Shown here: piece after piece, positions 16,798 to 24,193 of the stretch
Layout: the number at the start of each line of letters is the position of its first letter
Numbering within the stretch: position 1 is the stretch's first letter
Origin: Geotalea uraniireducens Rf4
GTDB lineage: Bacteria > Desulfobacterota > Desulfuromonadia > Geobacterales > Geobacteraceae
Direction: 5' to 3'
Length of the DNA stretch: 32,000 bases
Assembly: GCF_000016745.1 (NCBI RefSeq)
Contig: NC_009483.1
Span: 4,170,001-4,202,000, forward strand
The notes under the pieces: generated by a model
The model's database searches: none
What the model saw: the letters and a program-made list of their open reading frames with translations, nothing else
Told to the model about the DNA's origin: nothing
Position numbers and translations under genes: made by a program

Positions 16798-17895
16798 TCA
16801 AGAGTTAAAGGAATTTTGTCGATGTATATTCCGTCTCAGCTCACACCGGTCGTCTGGCGCCAGAAAGTCTCCACGGCTCCCCCACGCCCGCCCCATGCAT
16901 CCACCGGCGCAGGCGAACCTGCCGGGACACTCCCGGCACTCCGCTATTGCGTCCACTCGGCAGAGGCTTGTCTGCAGCAGGGATGACCAGAGAGAAGCTC
17001 CCTCGGCAAAGGCCACGGCGAGATTTTTCCCCCATACCCCTGAAACCGAGTAATCATCGGTATGGCACAGCACACAGGGGTACAGTCTGCCGCCCGGTGT
17101 GATATATGGGTTTTCGACAAACGTGCAGCATTCCGAACGTGGGGCATCTTCCTTGCGCCACTCCAGGGCTGCCACATTGCCGATTTTATCATAGAGATCC
17201 CGGAAGCAATGGTCGGTATCGTAGCGGCGCAGTAATCGCCGATACTGATCCAGACCGGCAGGAACGACCAGAGATTCTTCTTCTGCCCGCCCGCAAAGGA
17301 CAAGGGAGCCGGTGACTACGGAACCGACACCCAGCTCGGCTGCAAGCTCGAGAAGAGCAGGAATCTCATCCAGATTGTGGCGCATCTCCGTAAAGAACAG
17401 CGTAATATGCCGCGCCAACCCTCCCCGGACGAGCAGCCGCACCCCTGCCAGCGCCCCAGCAAAGGCCCCTTCCCCTCTCACGAGGTCATGGGTCGGCGCC
17501 GCAGCCCCATCAAGGCTGACCTGAACAGATAGCCGCGGAAACTCCAGTTCGCGCAGCACAGATACTGCATCGTCATCGAACAACATGCCGTTGGTCTGAA
17601 TTGAGACGTCGCATAACCCGATTGAGCGGCCGAACTGCATGAGTTTCAACCAGGCGGGATGGCAGAGCGGCTCCCCGCCGGTGAAGCGAATCCCCGCGCC
17701 GCCAAGCGCCACGAACTCCTCCATCAGCCGGCGCAGCGTCCGTTCCGGCACATGAGCAGCAGCAGAGGACCCACCCGCTTCGACCCAGCAATGCCGGCAG
17801 GTGAGGTTACAGGCGCCGGTTATGGCGAGCGTCAACGTTTTAGGGGGACGTACTCCCGCGCGTGATAGGATTTTCACAGCTTCAGATGGCAACAT
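16798..17895 (-). CDS. Radical SAM/SPASM-domain protein with no assigned substrate
   Basis: 365 aa. The rSAM motif is GACNLTCRHC. The SPASM motifs are CCTFVENPYITPGGRLYPC, CRECPGRFACAGGC and DDRC. Confidence 0.85.
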   Translation of the reverse strand: MLPSEAVKILSRAGVRPPKTLTLAITGACNLTCRHCWVEAGGSSAAAHVPERTLRRLMEEFVALGGAGIRFTGGEPLCHPAWLKLMQFGRSIGLCDVSIQTNGMLFDDDAVSVLRELEFPRLSVQVSLDGAAAPTHDLVRGEGAFAGALAGVRLLVRGGLARHITLFFTEMRHNLDEIPALLELAAELGVGSVVTGSLVLCGRAEEESLVVPAGLDQYRRLLRRYDTDHCFRDLYDKIGNVAALEWRKEDAPRSECCTFVENPYITPGGRLYPCVLCHTDDYSVSGVWGKNLAVAFAEGASLWSSLLQTSLCRVDAIAECRECPGRFACAGGCMGRAWGSRGDFLAPDDRCELRRNIHRQNSFNS

Positions 17896-17940
17896 TAGTT
17901 ATCCTAAGCGGACAAGCCGAAACCAAAATATTTTTATTTC

Positions 17941-18040
17941 ACGCAACGACGCGACGACGCAACGTTTTAAAACCATGAACCATAATTTTAAAATGCCTTT
18001 CGTCGCGTCGTCGCGTCGTCGCGTCGTCGCGTCGTCGCGT
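17941..18040. repeat. Octamer arrays in inverted orientation: (ACGCAACG, ACGCGACG, ACGCAACG), a 36-nt AT-rich spacer, then (CGTCGCGT)x5
   Basis: Read directly. Five perfect CGTCGCGT units span 18001-18040. Three complementary units span 17941-17964, and the two variant units would give G-U pairs in RNA. The locus lies inside the predicted 5' leader of the rSAM/SPASM gene. Confidence 0.85.
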
Positions 18041-18064
18041 GAGTCATGCCTTGCTTTAACAAAG

Positions 18065-18080
18065 TGCAACGCCGGTGCCA
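18065..18080 (-). promoter_or_regulatory. sigma54 promoter for the rSAM/SPASM gene
   Basis: The minus strand reads TGGCAC-CGGCG-TTGCA, a perfect consensus. It differs from the mftA promoter at one base and has the identical CGGCG spacer. Confidence 0.7.
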
Positions 18081-18200
18081 AGCAGTAAAACAGCGGTTGC
18101 CTTGCTTTACGACTGTTTTCAAAGGATTTTGAGGCAGGCCATCAACGACGGACTATGGCGTTCGGTAGTTGTCTAAACCGCGTTACTGCAAATGGTTACA

Positions 18201-18241
18201 AAATGGGTATTTTATCCACAGTGTAGATATATTACCCATTT
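18201..18241. promoter_or_regulatory. 41-bp palindrome containing the UAS-like core ATCCACAGTGTAGAT
   Basis: The outer arms are AAATGGGTA and TACCCATTT. The inner core is TCCAC-AGT-GTAGA. The centre is about 143 bp upstream of the -24 GG at 18078-18079. Confidence 0.55.
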
Positions 18242-18449
18242 AGTCCCCGAAAAATGACATGAAAGTGGCCGGATTTTACAGAAAGCGCCTACAGCGAGGA
18301 AAAATCATGGACTAAATATAAGAATTGAGGCGGCACAGCGAAGACTTATCCTCGCCCTCAAAAGACAAGGCCCCAAACAGTGTAGAGAAATGCAACAGTG
18401 AAACAGGAAGGTGTGCGATCAACGCAAAGCAATACGGACAGACAGTTTT

Positions 18450-18887
18450 CTATGCATCGAGACGGCAGATCAAGGCGCCGACCGAAACGGTCCCGCCTTT
18501 GATGACCCTTGCGAAGATCCCCTCTTTAGGCATGACGCAGTCCCCTGCCTGATAAAAAATAGCGCAGCGGTTGTGACACTCCTTGCCGATCTGTGTTACC
18601 TCGATGACGGCATCGCCCACTGCCAGCCGGGTGCCGATCGGCAGGGCTACGAGGTCGAGACCGCGGGTCGTGATGTTTTCGGCAAAATCGCCGGAATCGA
18701 CATCGAGTCCCAAGGCCCGCATCTTCGCAATGCTCTCCGTAGCGAGCAGGCTCACCTGTCGGTGCCAATCACCCGCATGGGCATCGCCGACTATGCCGTG
18801 GTTTTCCTTCAGTTCTACAGCGTCTACCGGCGTTTTGCGCTGGCCTTTCTCTTTGCTGATACAGACAGCGACAACAGTTGGTGTCAT
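18450..18887 (-). CDS. MOSC-domain protein (molybdenum cofactor sulfurase C-terminal domain family)
   Basis: 145 aa with the pattern VGDAHAG..HRQVSLL...GDFAENITT.G......IGT.L.VG.A..EVTQ.GKEC. It is in moaA context. Confidence 0.75.
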   Translation of the reverse strand: MTPTVVAVCISKEKGQRKTPVDAVELKENHGIVGDAHAGDWHRQVSLLATESIAKMRALGLDVDSGDFAENITTRGLDLVALPIGTRLAVGDAVIEVTQIGKECHNRCAIFYQAGDCVMPKEGIFARVIKGGTVSVGALICRLDA

Positions 18888-18904
18888 TGGGTCTCCAAAG
18901 GCAT

Positions 18905-19015
18905 GTTCGAGGTTCGAGGTTCGAGGTTCGAGGTTCGAGGTTCGAGGTTCGAGGTTCGAGGTTCGAGGTTATTTTTGCTTTTCAACATCGAACCTCGAAC
19001 GTAGAACGTAGAACC
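18905..19015. repeat. Heptamer array (GTTCGAG)x9, perfect over 63 bp, then a 20-nt AT-rich spacer and an inverted degenerate array (ATCGAAC CTCGAAC GTAGAAC GTAGAAC)
   Basis: Read directly. It fills the moaA-MOSC intergenic gap (19027 to 18888). Confidence 0.9.
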
Positions 19016-19027
19016 GGTTTTAGCTGT

Positions 19028-20005
19028 TCATCCGCCGATGGCCGACATGGCAAACGGCGTGTGCTGCTGTTCCGCAGACTCAAGTGAGTGCCTGCCCGGC
19101 TTACGGGCAACGATGTCGTGCAACGCCACCGCAAGCCCCGATTCGTCCCCCGCGGCAAGAAAGGGTTTAAGATCGTATCCGATGTCGGAAAAGAGGCAAC
19201 TCCGCGCCCTGCCGCTTGCTGTAACCCGAATACGGTTGCACTCATCGCAAAAGTGCCCGGAAACCGGGGTAATGACACCAATGGTGCCGGCAGCACCGTC
19301 AATTCTGAAGGTTCTGGCCGGACCGGCCGATGCATCCCGCTCCATTGGCGAGAAACGGAATCGATTGCCGATCCGGTCGAGGATCGTTTCCCCAGGCACA
19401 ATGAGATCTTCCCAGTTGTCAGCCCGGATTGCCGGCATGTACTCGATGAAGCGGACCGTCAGGGGCCGATCGAGCGTCATTGCGGCGAAATCGAGAATCT
19501 CTCCGTCGTTGACGCCGCGCATGACAACCACGTTGATCTTGAGCGGGAATCCTGCCTGTTCCGCAGCAGCAATGCCCGCCATCACCCGATGCAGATCGGC
19601 CCCCCGGGTGATGCCGGCAAAGGTTTCCGGTTGAAGGGAATCGAGGCTGATGTTCAAGCGCTGCACCCCCGCCTGCCGCAGACTTTCAGCCATTTCGGCC
19701 AGATACAGTCCATTTGTCGTGAGAACGAGCTGGCGCAAGCCGGGGATGGCGGCCAACCGCGTAAGAAACGGGACGATCCCCTTGCGCACCAGCGGCTCCC
19801 CCCCAGTGACCCGAATTTTTTCGATACCTGAGGCAACGGCGGTTTTGGCAACGAGCAGGAGTTCCTCATAGCTCAGGATATCGTTGTGGGTGAGCAGAGG
19901 GATGCCGTCTGCCGGCATACAGTAAACACAGCGCATGTTGCAGCGGTCGGTTACTGAAAGCCGCAGGTAATTGATCGTCCTGCCGAAAGTATCTGTCAGC
20001 TCCAT
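19028..20005 (-). CDS. moaA: GTP 3',8-cyclase MoaA (molybdenum cofactor biosynthesis, radical SAM)
   Basis: The track ORF is trimmed to ATG 20005, which has a GAGGTG RBS. The product starts MELTDTFGRTINYLRLSVTDRCNMRCVYCMP and carries the C-terminal motifs CDECNRIRVTASG and the terminal GG. Confidence 0.92.
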   Translation of the reverse strand: MELTDTFGRTINYLRLSVTDRCNMRCVYCMPADGIPLLTHNDILSYEELLLVAKTAVASGIEKIRVTGGEPLVRKGIVPFLTRLAAIPGLRQLVLTTNGLYLAEMAESLRQAGVQRLNISLDSLQPETFAGITRGADLHRVMAGIAAAEQAGFPLKINVVVMRGVNDGEILDFAAMTLDRPLTVRFIEYMPAIRADNWEDLIVPGETILDRIGNRFRFSPMERDASAGPARTFRIDGAAGTIGVITPVSGHFCDECNRIRVTASGRARSCLFSDIGYDLKPFLAAGDESGLAVALHDIVARKPGRHSLESAEQQHTPFAMSAIGG

Positions 20006-20057
20006 GGTATCACCTCTTGCAGGGGGGGGATTTACTACGTCCTGCAATGCCTTGCGC

Positions 20058-21431
20058 CTACACGGCGAGGCCGTAACGTTCCAGCTTAGTGTAAAGGGTC
20101 TTGCGGTCGATTTCAAGTACCTTCGCAGCCTTGCTCTTGTTCCCCTCCAACTTCTCGAGCACCTTCTGGATATAGTCACGTTCGACGACCCAGAGCGGCA
20201 GCGGCAATACGTCGGGCAAACCGGTGACGGCAAACGACGGCGCAGTTTTGGGCGGCGAAAACGGCAGCAGGTCGGAAGAAATAATCTGGTCGGTTGCCAG
20301 GATACTGGCACGGCGGATGGTGTTCCGCAGCTCCCTTACGTTTCCCGGCCAGGAATAGGCGCAGAGGGCAGCCATTGCTTCCTCGGAGATCTCCCAGTTG
20401 GCGCTGCCGCTCTCGTTGGCGCTTTTAAGAAAATAGTACGAAAGCGGTATGATATCTTCCGGCCGCTCCCGCAAAGGGGGGATGTTGATGGGGAGGAGGT
20501 TGATGCGGTGGAACAGGTCTTCCCGGAACTCGCCACGATTCACGCAATCCTCGAGCTTTTTGTTGGAAGCGAAGACGAACCGGACATCTACGCTGATGTC
20601 GTGGTTCCCCCCCATGCGTCGGAAGGTGCCGGTCTCCAGGATACGGAGAAGCTTCACCTGTACATCCAGCGGCATTTCCGATATCTCGTCCATGAACAGG
20701 GTACCGGTGTCGGCCAATTCGAAGAGACCGGCCCGACCTTTATTTGCGCCGGTGAAAGCCCCCTGCACATGGCCGAATAGTTCGCTCTCGGCGGTGTTGG
20801 CGCTGAGCCGGCCGCAATTGACCGTTACAAAAGGCTTGTTGGCCCGACGACTGGCGTCGTGGACGGCCCGGGCGAACAGTTCCTTGCCGGCGCCGCTCTC
20901 TCCGCAGATGAGGACATGCTCGTCGGTGGCCCCCCAACGCCGGACGGTTTCAAGTACCTTTTGGATGACCTGGCTTTTGCCGACAATACGGTGTTGGTCA
21001 AGCTTGCTGATTTCCAGTTTCAGATTGATATTTTCCAGACGCAGGCGGTTTTTTTCATTGGCCTTGTCGATCACCATCTCCAGTTCATCCAGCTTGACCG
21101 GCTTGGTAAGGTAGTCATACGCCCCATACTTGATGCATTCGACAGCCGTTTCGATGGTACCGTGGCCGGTAAAGACGATAACCTCGGGGATTGTCGATTC
21201 GGTCCGCATCTGCCTGAGAACCTCCACCCCGTCCATCCCCGGCATCCTCATGTCGAGAAGAACGACATTGAAAACCTCCTGCCGGTATTTGTCGAGTCCT
21301 TCTTCACCGTCAGACGCTGATTCGACCTTGTAGCCGCTCCGGGTAAGTTCCATGTGAAGGAGCTCCCGTAATGGTTTGTCATCTTCTATAACAAGAATTT
21401 TTGCCTCTTTGCGCGTTACTACTGTTGACAT
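20058..21431 (-). CDS. NtrC-family sigma54-dependent response regulator (REC + AAA+ + Fis-type HTH)
   Basis: 457 aa. The REC domain shows ILVIEDD...VVLLDMRMPGMDG. Walker A is GESGAGKE. GAFTGA is present (HVQGAFTGAN). The C-terminal HTH is NKSKAAKVLEIDRKTLYTKL. Confidence 0.93.
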   Translation of the reverse strand: MSTVVTRKEAKILVIEDDKPLRELLHMELTRSGYKVESASDGEEGLDKYRQEVFNVVLLDMRMPGMDGVEVLRQMRTESTIPEVIVFTGHGTIETAVECIKYGAYDYLTKPVKLDELEMVIDKANEKNRLRLENINLKLEISKLDQHRIVGKSQVIQKVLETVRRWGATDEHVLICGESGAGKELFARAVHDASRRANKPFVTVNCGRLSANTAESELFGHVQGAFTGANKGRAGLFELADTGTLFMDEISEMPLDVQVKLLRILETGTFRRMGGNHDISVDVRFVFASNKKLEDCVNRGEFREDLFHRINLLPINIPPLRERPEDIIPLSYYFLKSANESGSANWEISEEAMAALCAYSWPGNVRELRNTIRRASILATDQIISSDLLPFSPPKTAPSFAVTGLPDVLPLPLWVVERDYIQKVLEKLEGNKSKAAKVLEIDRKTLYTKLERYGLAV

Positions 21432-22627
21432 GCTGGAAGCCTCACCGTGAATTTAGATCCTTCTCCATGCTTACTTTCTACGTGGATCTCGCCGCCGTGC
21501 TTCTTAATAATATTATAGGTAACAGCCAGGCCGAGGCCAAGCCCCTGGCCCACATCTTTCGTGGTAAAGAACGGATCCCAAATCTGGTCCATGAGAGATG
21601 AAGGGATGCCGCACCCGCTATCGCAGATAGTGGCGGTCACCACTCCGTTCTGATCGAAGGTGGCAATTTTTATCATCCCGGGTCCGTCAATGGCCTGGAG
21701 AGCGTTCATAGTCAGGTTCATGAAAACCTGTCGTAGACCGGCCTCATCCCCCTTAATCATAGGCAGGTCCGGCTGCATGGATTCCTGTATCTCGATTTTT
21801 TCATTGCGGGCCTTATGCCGAACCAGTTCCAGGACCTCATTCAGGATCTTATTGAGATCCACAAACCCGACCGAACCCTCCGATTTCCGACTGAAACTCA
21901 GCAGACTGTCAATAATCCCCTTGCACCGGTAAGACTCGCGGATTATGACCTCCAGATATTTCTTGAAATCTTTGAGCCGGTTGTCCTCCACCAGTCCAGT
22001 CTCATCGCGGAACCTTCGCAGCAAGGCTTCGGCGTAACCGGCCACGGAGGTGAGCGGGTTGTTGATCTCGTGCGCCACACCAGCGGCAAGCATGCCGATA
22101 CTCGACATTTTCTCGGCCTGCACAAGTTGGAGCTCGTTAAGCCGCTTTTCGGTAACATCCCGGATGAATACGAGCGCGCGTGTTTGTTCGTTGGGATCTT
22201 CAATCGGGGTCGCCGTGACGTCGAAATAACGGCTTTCTCCGATCCCTTTCGTCGTTGTAAAGGAAATCTGCATGCTCTTGCCGGCCAAGGCCTGTTCTAC
22301 CGGGCATTGCTGGGGCGAATGGTCGCTTTCGGGGTGAAAAAGCGCCCTGCAACTCCGCCCGACAAGGGTTTCCGTGGGGAACAGCCTGGGACATACGTGA
22401 TTTCGATGCTGAATGCACCCATTATGATCGTAGATGACCACGCTGTCACTAATGGCATCAAAGACAGCCTGGAGTTCATTGGTTTTGATCCGCAAACCAA
22501 GGTTGGCTGCCTCCAATTCCTGGATTTTCTGTTTGACTTCCGAATAGAATCCGATCTTTGAGCTTTCAAGGCCCAGCAGACGTTCGAGATTCGGTTCGTC
22601 AATCAGTGTTCGCTTTGCTTCTCCCAT
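21419..22627 (-). CDS. PAS sensor histidine kinase (cognate to the adjacent regulator)
   Basis: The H-box is [18 protein letters not shown]. HATPase boxes are NLTMNALQA, DSGCGI and GQGLGLGL. The preferred start is ATG 22627, one nt after the ADH2 stop. The track start at 22669 would overlap ADH2 by 41 nt. Confidence 0.88.
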   Translation of the reverse strand: MGEAKRTLIDEPNLERLLGLESSKIGFYSEVKQKIQELEAANLGLRIKTNELQAVFDAISDSVVIYDHNGCIQHRNHVCPRLFPTETLVGRSCRALFHPESDHSPQQCPVEQALAGKSMQISFTTTKGIGESRYFDVTATPIEDPNEQTRALVFIRDVTEKRLNELQLVQAEKMSSIGMLAAGVAHEINNPLTSVAGYAEALLRRFRDETGLVEDNRLKDFKKYLEVIIRESYRCKGIIDSLLSFSRKSEGSVGFVDLNKILNEVLELVRHKARNEKIEIQESMQPDLPMIKGDEAGLRQVFMNLTMNALQAIDGPGMIKIATFDQNGVVTATICDSGCGIPSSLMDQIWDPFFTTKDVGQGLGLGLAVTYNIIKKHGGEIHVESKHGEGSKFTVRLPACQQ

Positions 22628-22628
22628 C

Positions 22629-23792
22629 TCAGTAGGCCCTTTCGAGAATTGCCAGGAGGTCTTTTTCATCGGCCTGGCGTGGTGAAGTCACGATGCAAAC
22701 GTCTTTGAGAGCCTTTCGGGCCAGTTCCGGCAAATCCTTGCGTACAACACCCAGACTTCTCAGGCTCCGGGGCGCACCAGCGGCTTCGAGCATGGAAACC
22801 AGCGTTTCCTGAACCACTTCCGACGCAGTGTTAGTGCTCCCGTCAGTCCGGTGGCCGAGGCCCCAGGCCAGTTCCGGCAGTTTTTCCGTTACGACCGGGA
22901 TGTCATACTTGATCACTTCCGGCAGCAGTACCGCATTGATGCTGCCATGGTTCGCGTCGTAGAGTCCGCCGATCGGGTGAGCCAGGGCATGGACAATGCC
23001 GAGAAGGGAATTGGAAAACGCCATCCCGGCGTGAAGGCTGGCCCTGGCAAGATTCTCCAGGTCGGCTGCTTTTCGCTCCCTGACTGCCTCGACCAAGCTG
23101 GTCGAAACAAGGCGTAATGCCTTAATGGCATGGACGTCGGTGAGGGAGGTGGAAGCCACTGAAAAAAAGGCCTCAAGCGCATGGCTGAGAGCGTCGGTTG
23201 CAGTAGTGCAGACATACTCGTCAGGAAGGGTTTCAAGGGTATCCGGGTCGGTCAGGCTGATGTCGGGAGCGACGCAGCGGCTCATGATGGTCAATTTGCA
23301 GTGCTGCTCGGTGTCGGTGATGATGGCGAACTGGGAAACATCGGAACCGGTCCCGCAGGTGGTCGGACAAAGGACAAGCGGAGGAAGTGGACGGAAAATC
23401 TTGTCGGACCCTTCGAAATCCTTGATCCGCCCGCCATTGGAAACGAGTATGGCGATACCTTTGGCCGCATCCATGGCGCTCCCCCCTCCAAGCCCCACAA
23501 TGACATCGGCCCCGTGACGAATATATTCCAGGGCTCCAGCCTCCACCTCCACATCCTTCGGATTCGGCGTGATATTATCGTAGAAAATCACCTCAAGCCC
23601 CGCATCCATGATGTTTTTGATGGCCTTGTCCACCCATCCGGCGCTGAAGAGCCCCTGATCGCTGACCAGAAAAACCTTGTGACCACCCAGGCGTCGGGCG
23701 CACGAGCCGATCTGGCTCAGCAGCCCTCTGCCGAAGATGATCTCCGGCACTTCGAATTTGCAGTGATGAAGATTGCTCTCCACATTAACCAT
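22629..23792 (-). CDS. Iron-type alcohol dehydrogenase, paralog 2 (ADH2)
   Basis: 387 aa with GLGGGSAMDAAKGI, DALSHALE and IVHALAHPIGGLYDANHG. An AAGAGG RBS is present. Confidence 0.9.
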   Translation of the reverse strand: MVNVESNLHHCKFEVPEIIFGRGLLSQIGSCARRLGGHKVFLVSDQGLFSAGWVDKAIKNIMDAGLEVIFYDNITPNPKDVEVEAGALEYIRHGADVIVGLGGGSAMDAAKGIAILVSNGGRIKDFEGSDKIFRPLPPLVLCPTTCGTGSDVSQFAIITDTEQHCKLTIMSRCVAPDISLTDPDTLETLPDEYVCTTATDALSHALEAFFSVASTSLTDVHAIKALRLVSTSLVEAVRERKAADLENLARASLHAGMAFSNSLLGIVHALAHPIGGLYDANHGSINAVLLPEVIKYDIPVVTEKLPELAWGLGHRTDGSTNTASEVVQETLVSMLEAAGAPRSLRSLGVVRKDLPELARKALKDVCIVTSPRQADEKDLLAILERAY

Positions 23793-23881
23793 ATCTAGCC
23801 TCTTGCTTATTTTAACATAGTTCTAGTGTTCCGAAATCCAAATTTTCAGTCCCATCTTCGTGTATTAATACTATTTACAAT

Positions 23882-23897
23882 AGCAATAGGTATGCCG
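23882..23897 (-). promoter_or_regulatory. sigma54 promoter for the ADH2-kinase-regulator operon
   Basis: The minus strand reads CGGCAT-ACCTA-TTGCT, with GG and GC correctly spaced. It lies about 90 nt upstream of the ATG at 23792. The flanks resemble the ADH1 promoter (ATAGCAA.T.G.TATGCC). Confidence 0.55.
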
Positions 23898-23989
23898 ATA
23901 TGTCAAACAAGGTTTTACTATTTCAAATTATTTAATTTTTGTTTTTGCCTGCCGCCCCCCTCTCATTCATTAACGATTTGATCGCTTTT

Positions 23990-24037
23990 TCCACGTTGTG
24001 GCGGGAAATTCTCCACGGTGTGGCTATTCTCCACACC
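23990..24037. promoter_or_regulatory. Cluster of UAS-like sites: TCCACGTTGTGG, TCCACGGTGTGG and the half-site TCCACACC
   Basis: There are two CCAC-N3-GTGG palindromes 22 bp apart plus a third half-site. They lie between the divergent sigma54 promoters at 23882-23897 (-) and 24178-24193 (+). Confidence 0.55.
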
Positions 24038-24177
24038 ATTTATTCTCTTTTGCGCCAGGATCTATTGACGGCGAACTAAGGCGAACTCACCACGCAAATT
24101 CTTTTTTACACGTTTTTACAAGCTCTGGCGGCAAATTTTCATGAACGCTTTGCAGAAAAAAAATAATGTTTTATTTA

Positions 24178-24193
24178 TGGCACTCACGTTGCA
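24178..24193 (+). promoter_or_regulatory. sigma54 promoter, perfect consensus, facing the porin operon
   Basis: TGGCAC-TCACG-TTGCA on the plus strand. It lies about 450 nt upstream of the porin ATG at 24647. Confidence 0.65.

Noticed and set aside
17899-18081. Possible RiPP precursor upstream of the rSAM/SPASM gene. The candidates are the 60-aa track ORF, a nested 25-aa ORF (MVLKRCVVASLREIKIFWFRLVRLG, ending 3 nt before the rSAM ATG) and a 19-aa ORF (MTHATTRRRDDATTRRKAF).
   Set aside because: The 60-aa ORF starts on top of the predicted sigma54 promoter. None of the nested starts has a Shine-Dalgarno sequence. Much of each peptide is simply the translated octamer repeat. They are kept as a low-probability idea only and would need Ribo-seq or conservation evidence.
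18411-19087. Track ORFs containing EVRGSRFEVRGSRF... repeats (18411..19004, 18583..19011, 18878..19087, all +)
   Set aside because: These are translations of the GTTCGAG heptamer array and of the antisense strand of the MOSC gene. A 7-nt period cannot be maintained as a coding repeat, and there is no RBS or protein-like context.
19028-20311. 427-aa track version of MoaA with a 102-aa Arg/Cys/Ser-rich N-terminal extension
   Set aside because: The extension overlaps the 3' end of the response-regulator gene and has non-protein-like composition. ATG 20005 has a GAGGTG RBS and gives the canonical MoaA N-terminus.
21419-22669. Track start at 22669 for the PAS histidine kinase
   Set aside because: It would overlap the ADH2 coding end by 41 nt. 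ATG 22627 lies one nt after the ADH2 stop and is the more economical start. The difference of 14 aa does not affect the call.
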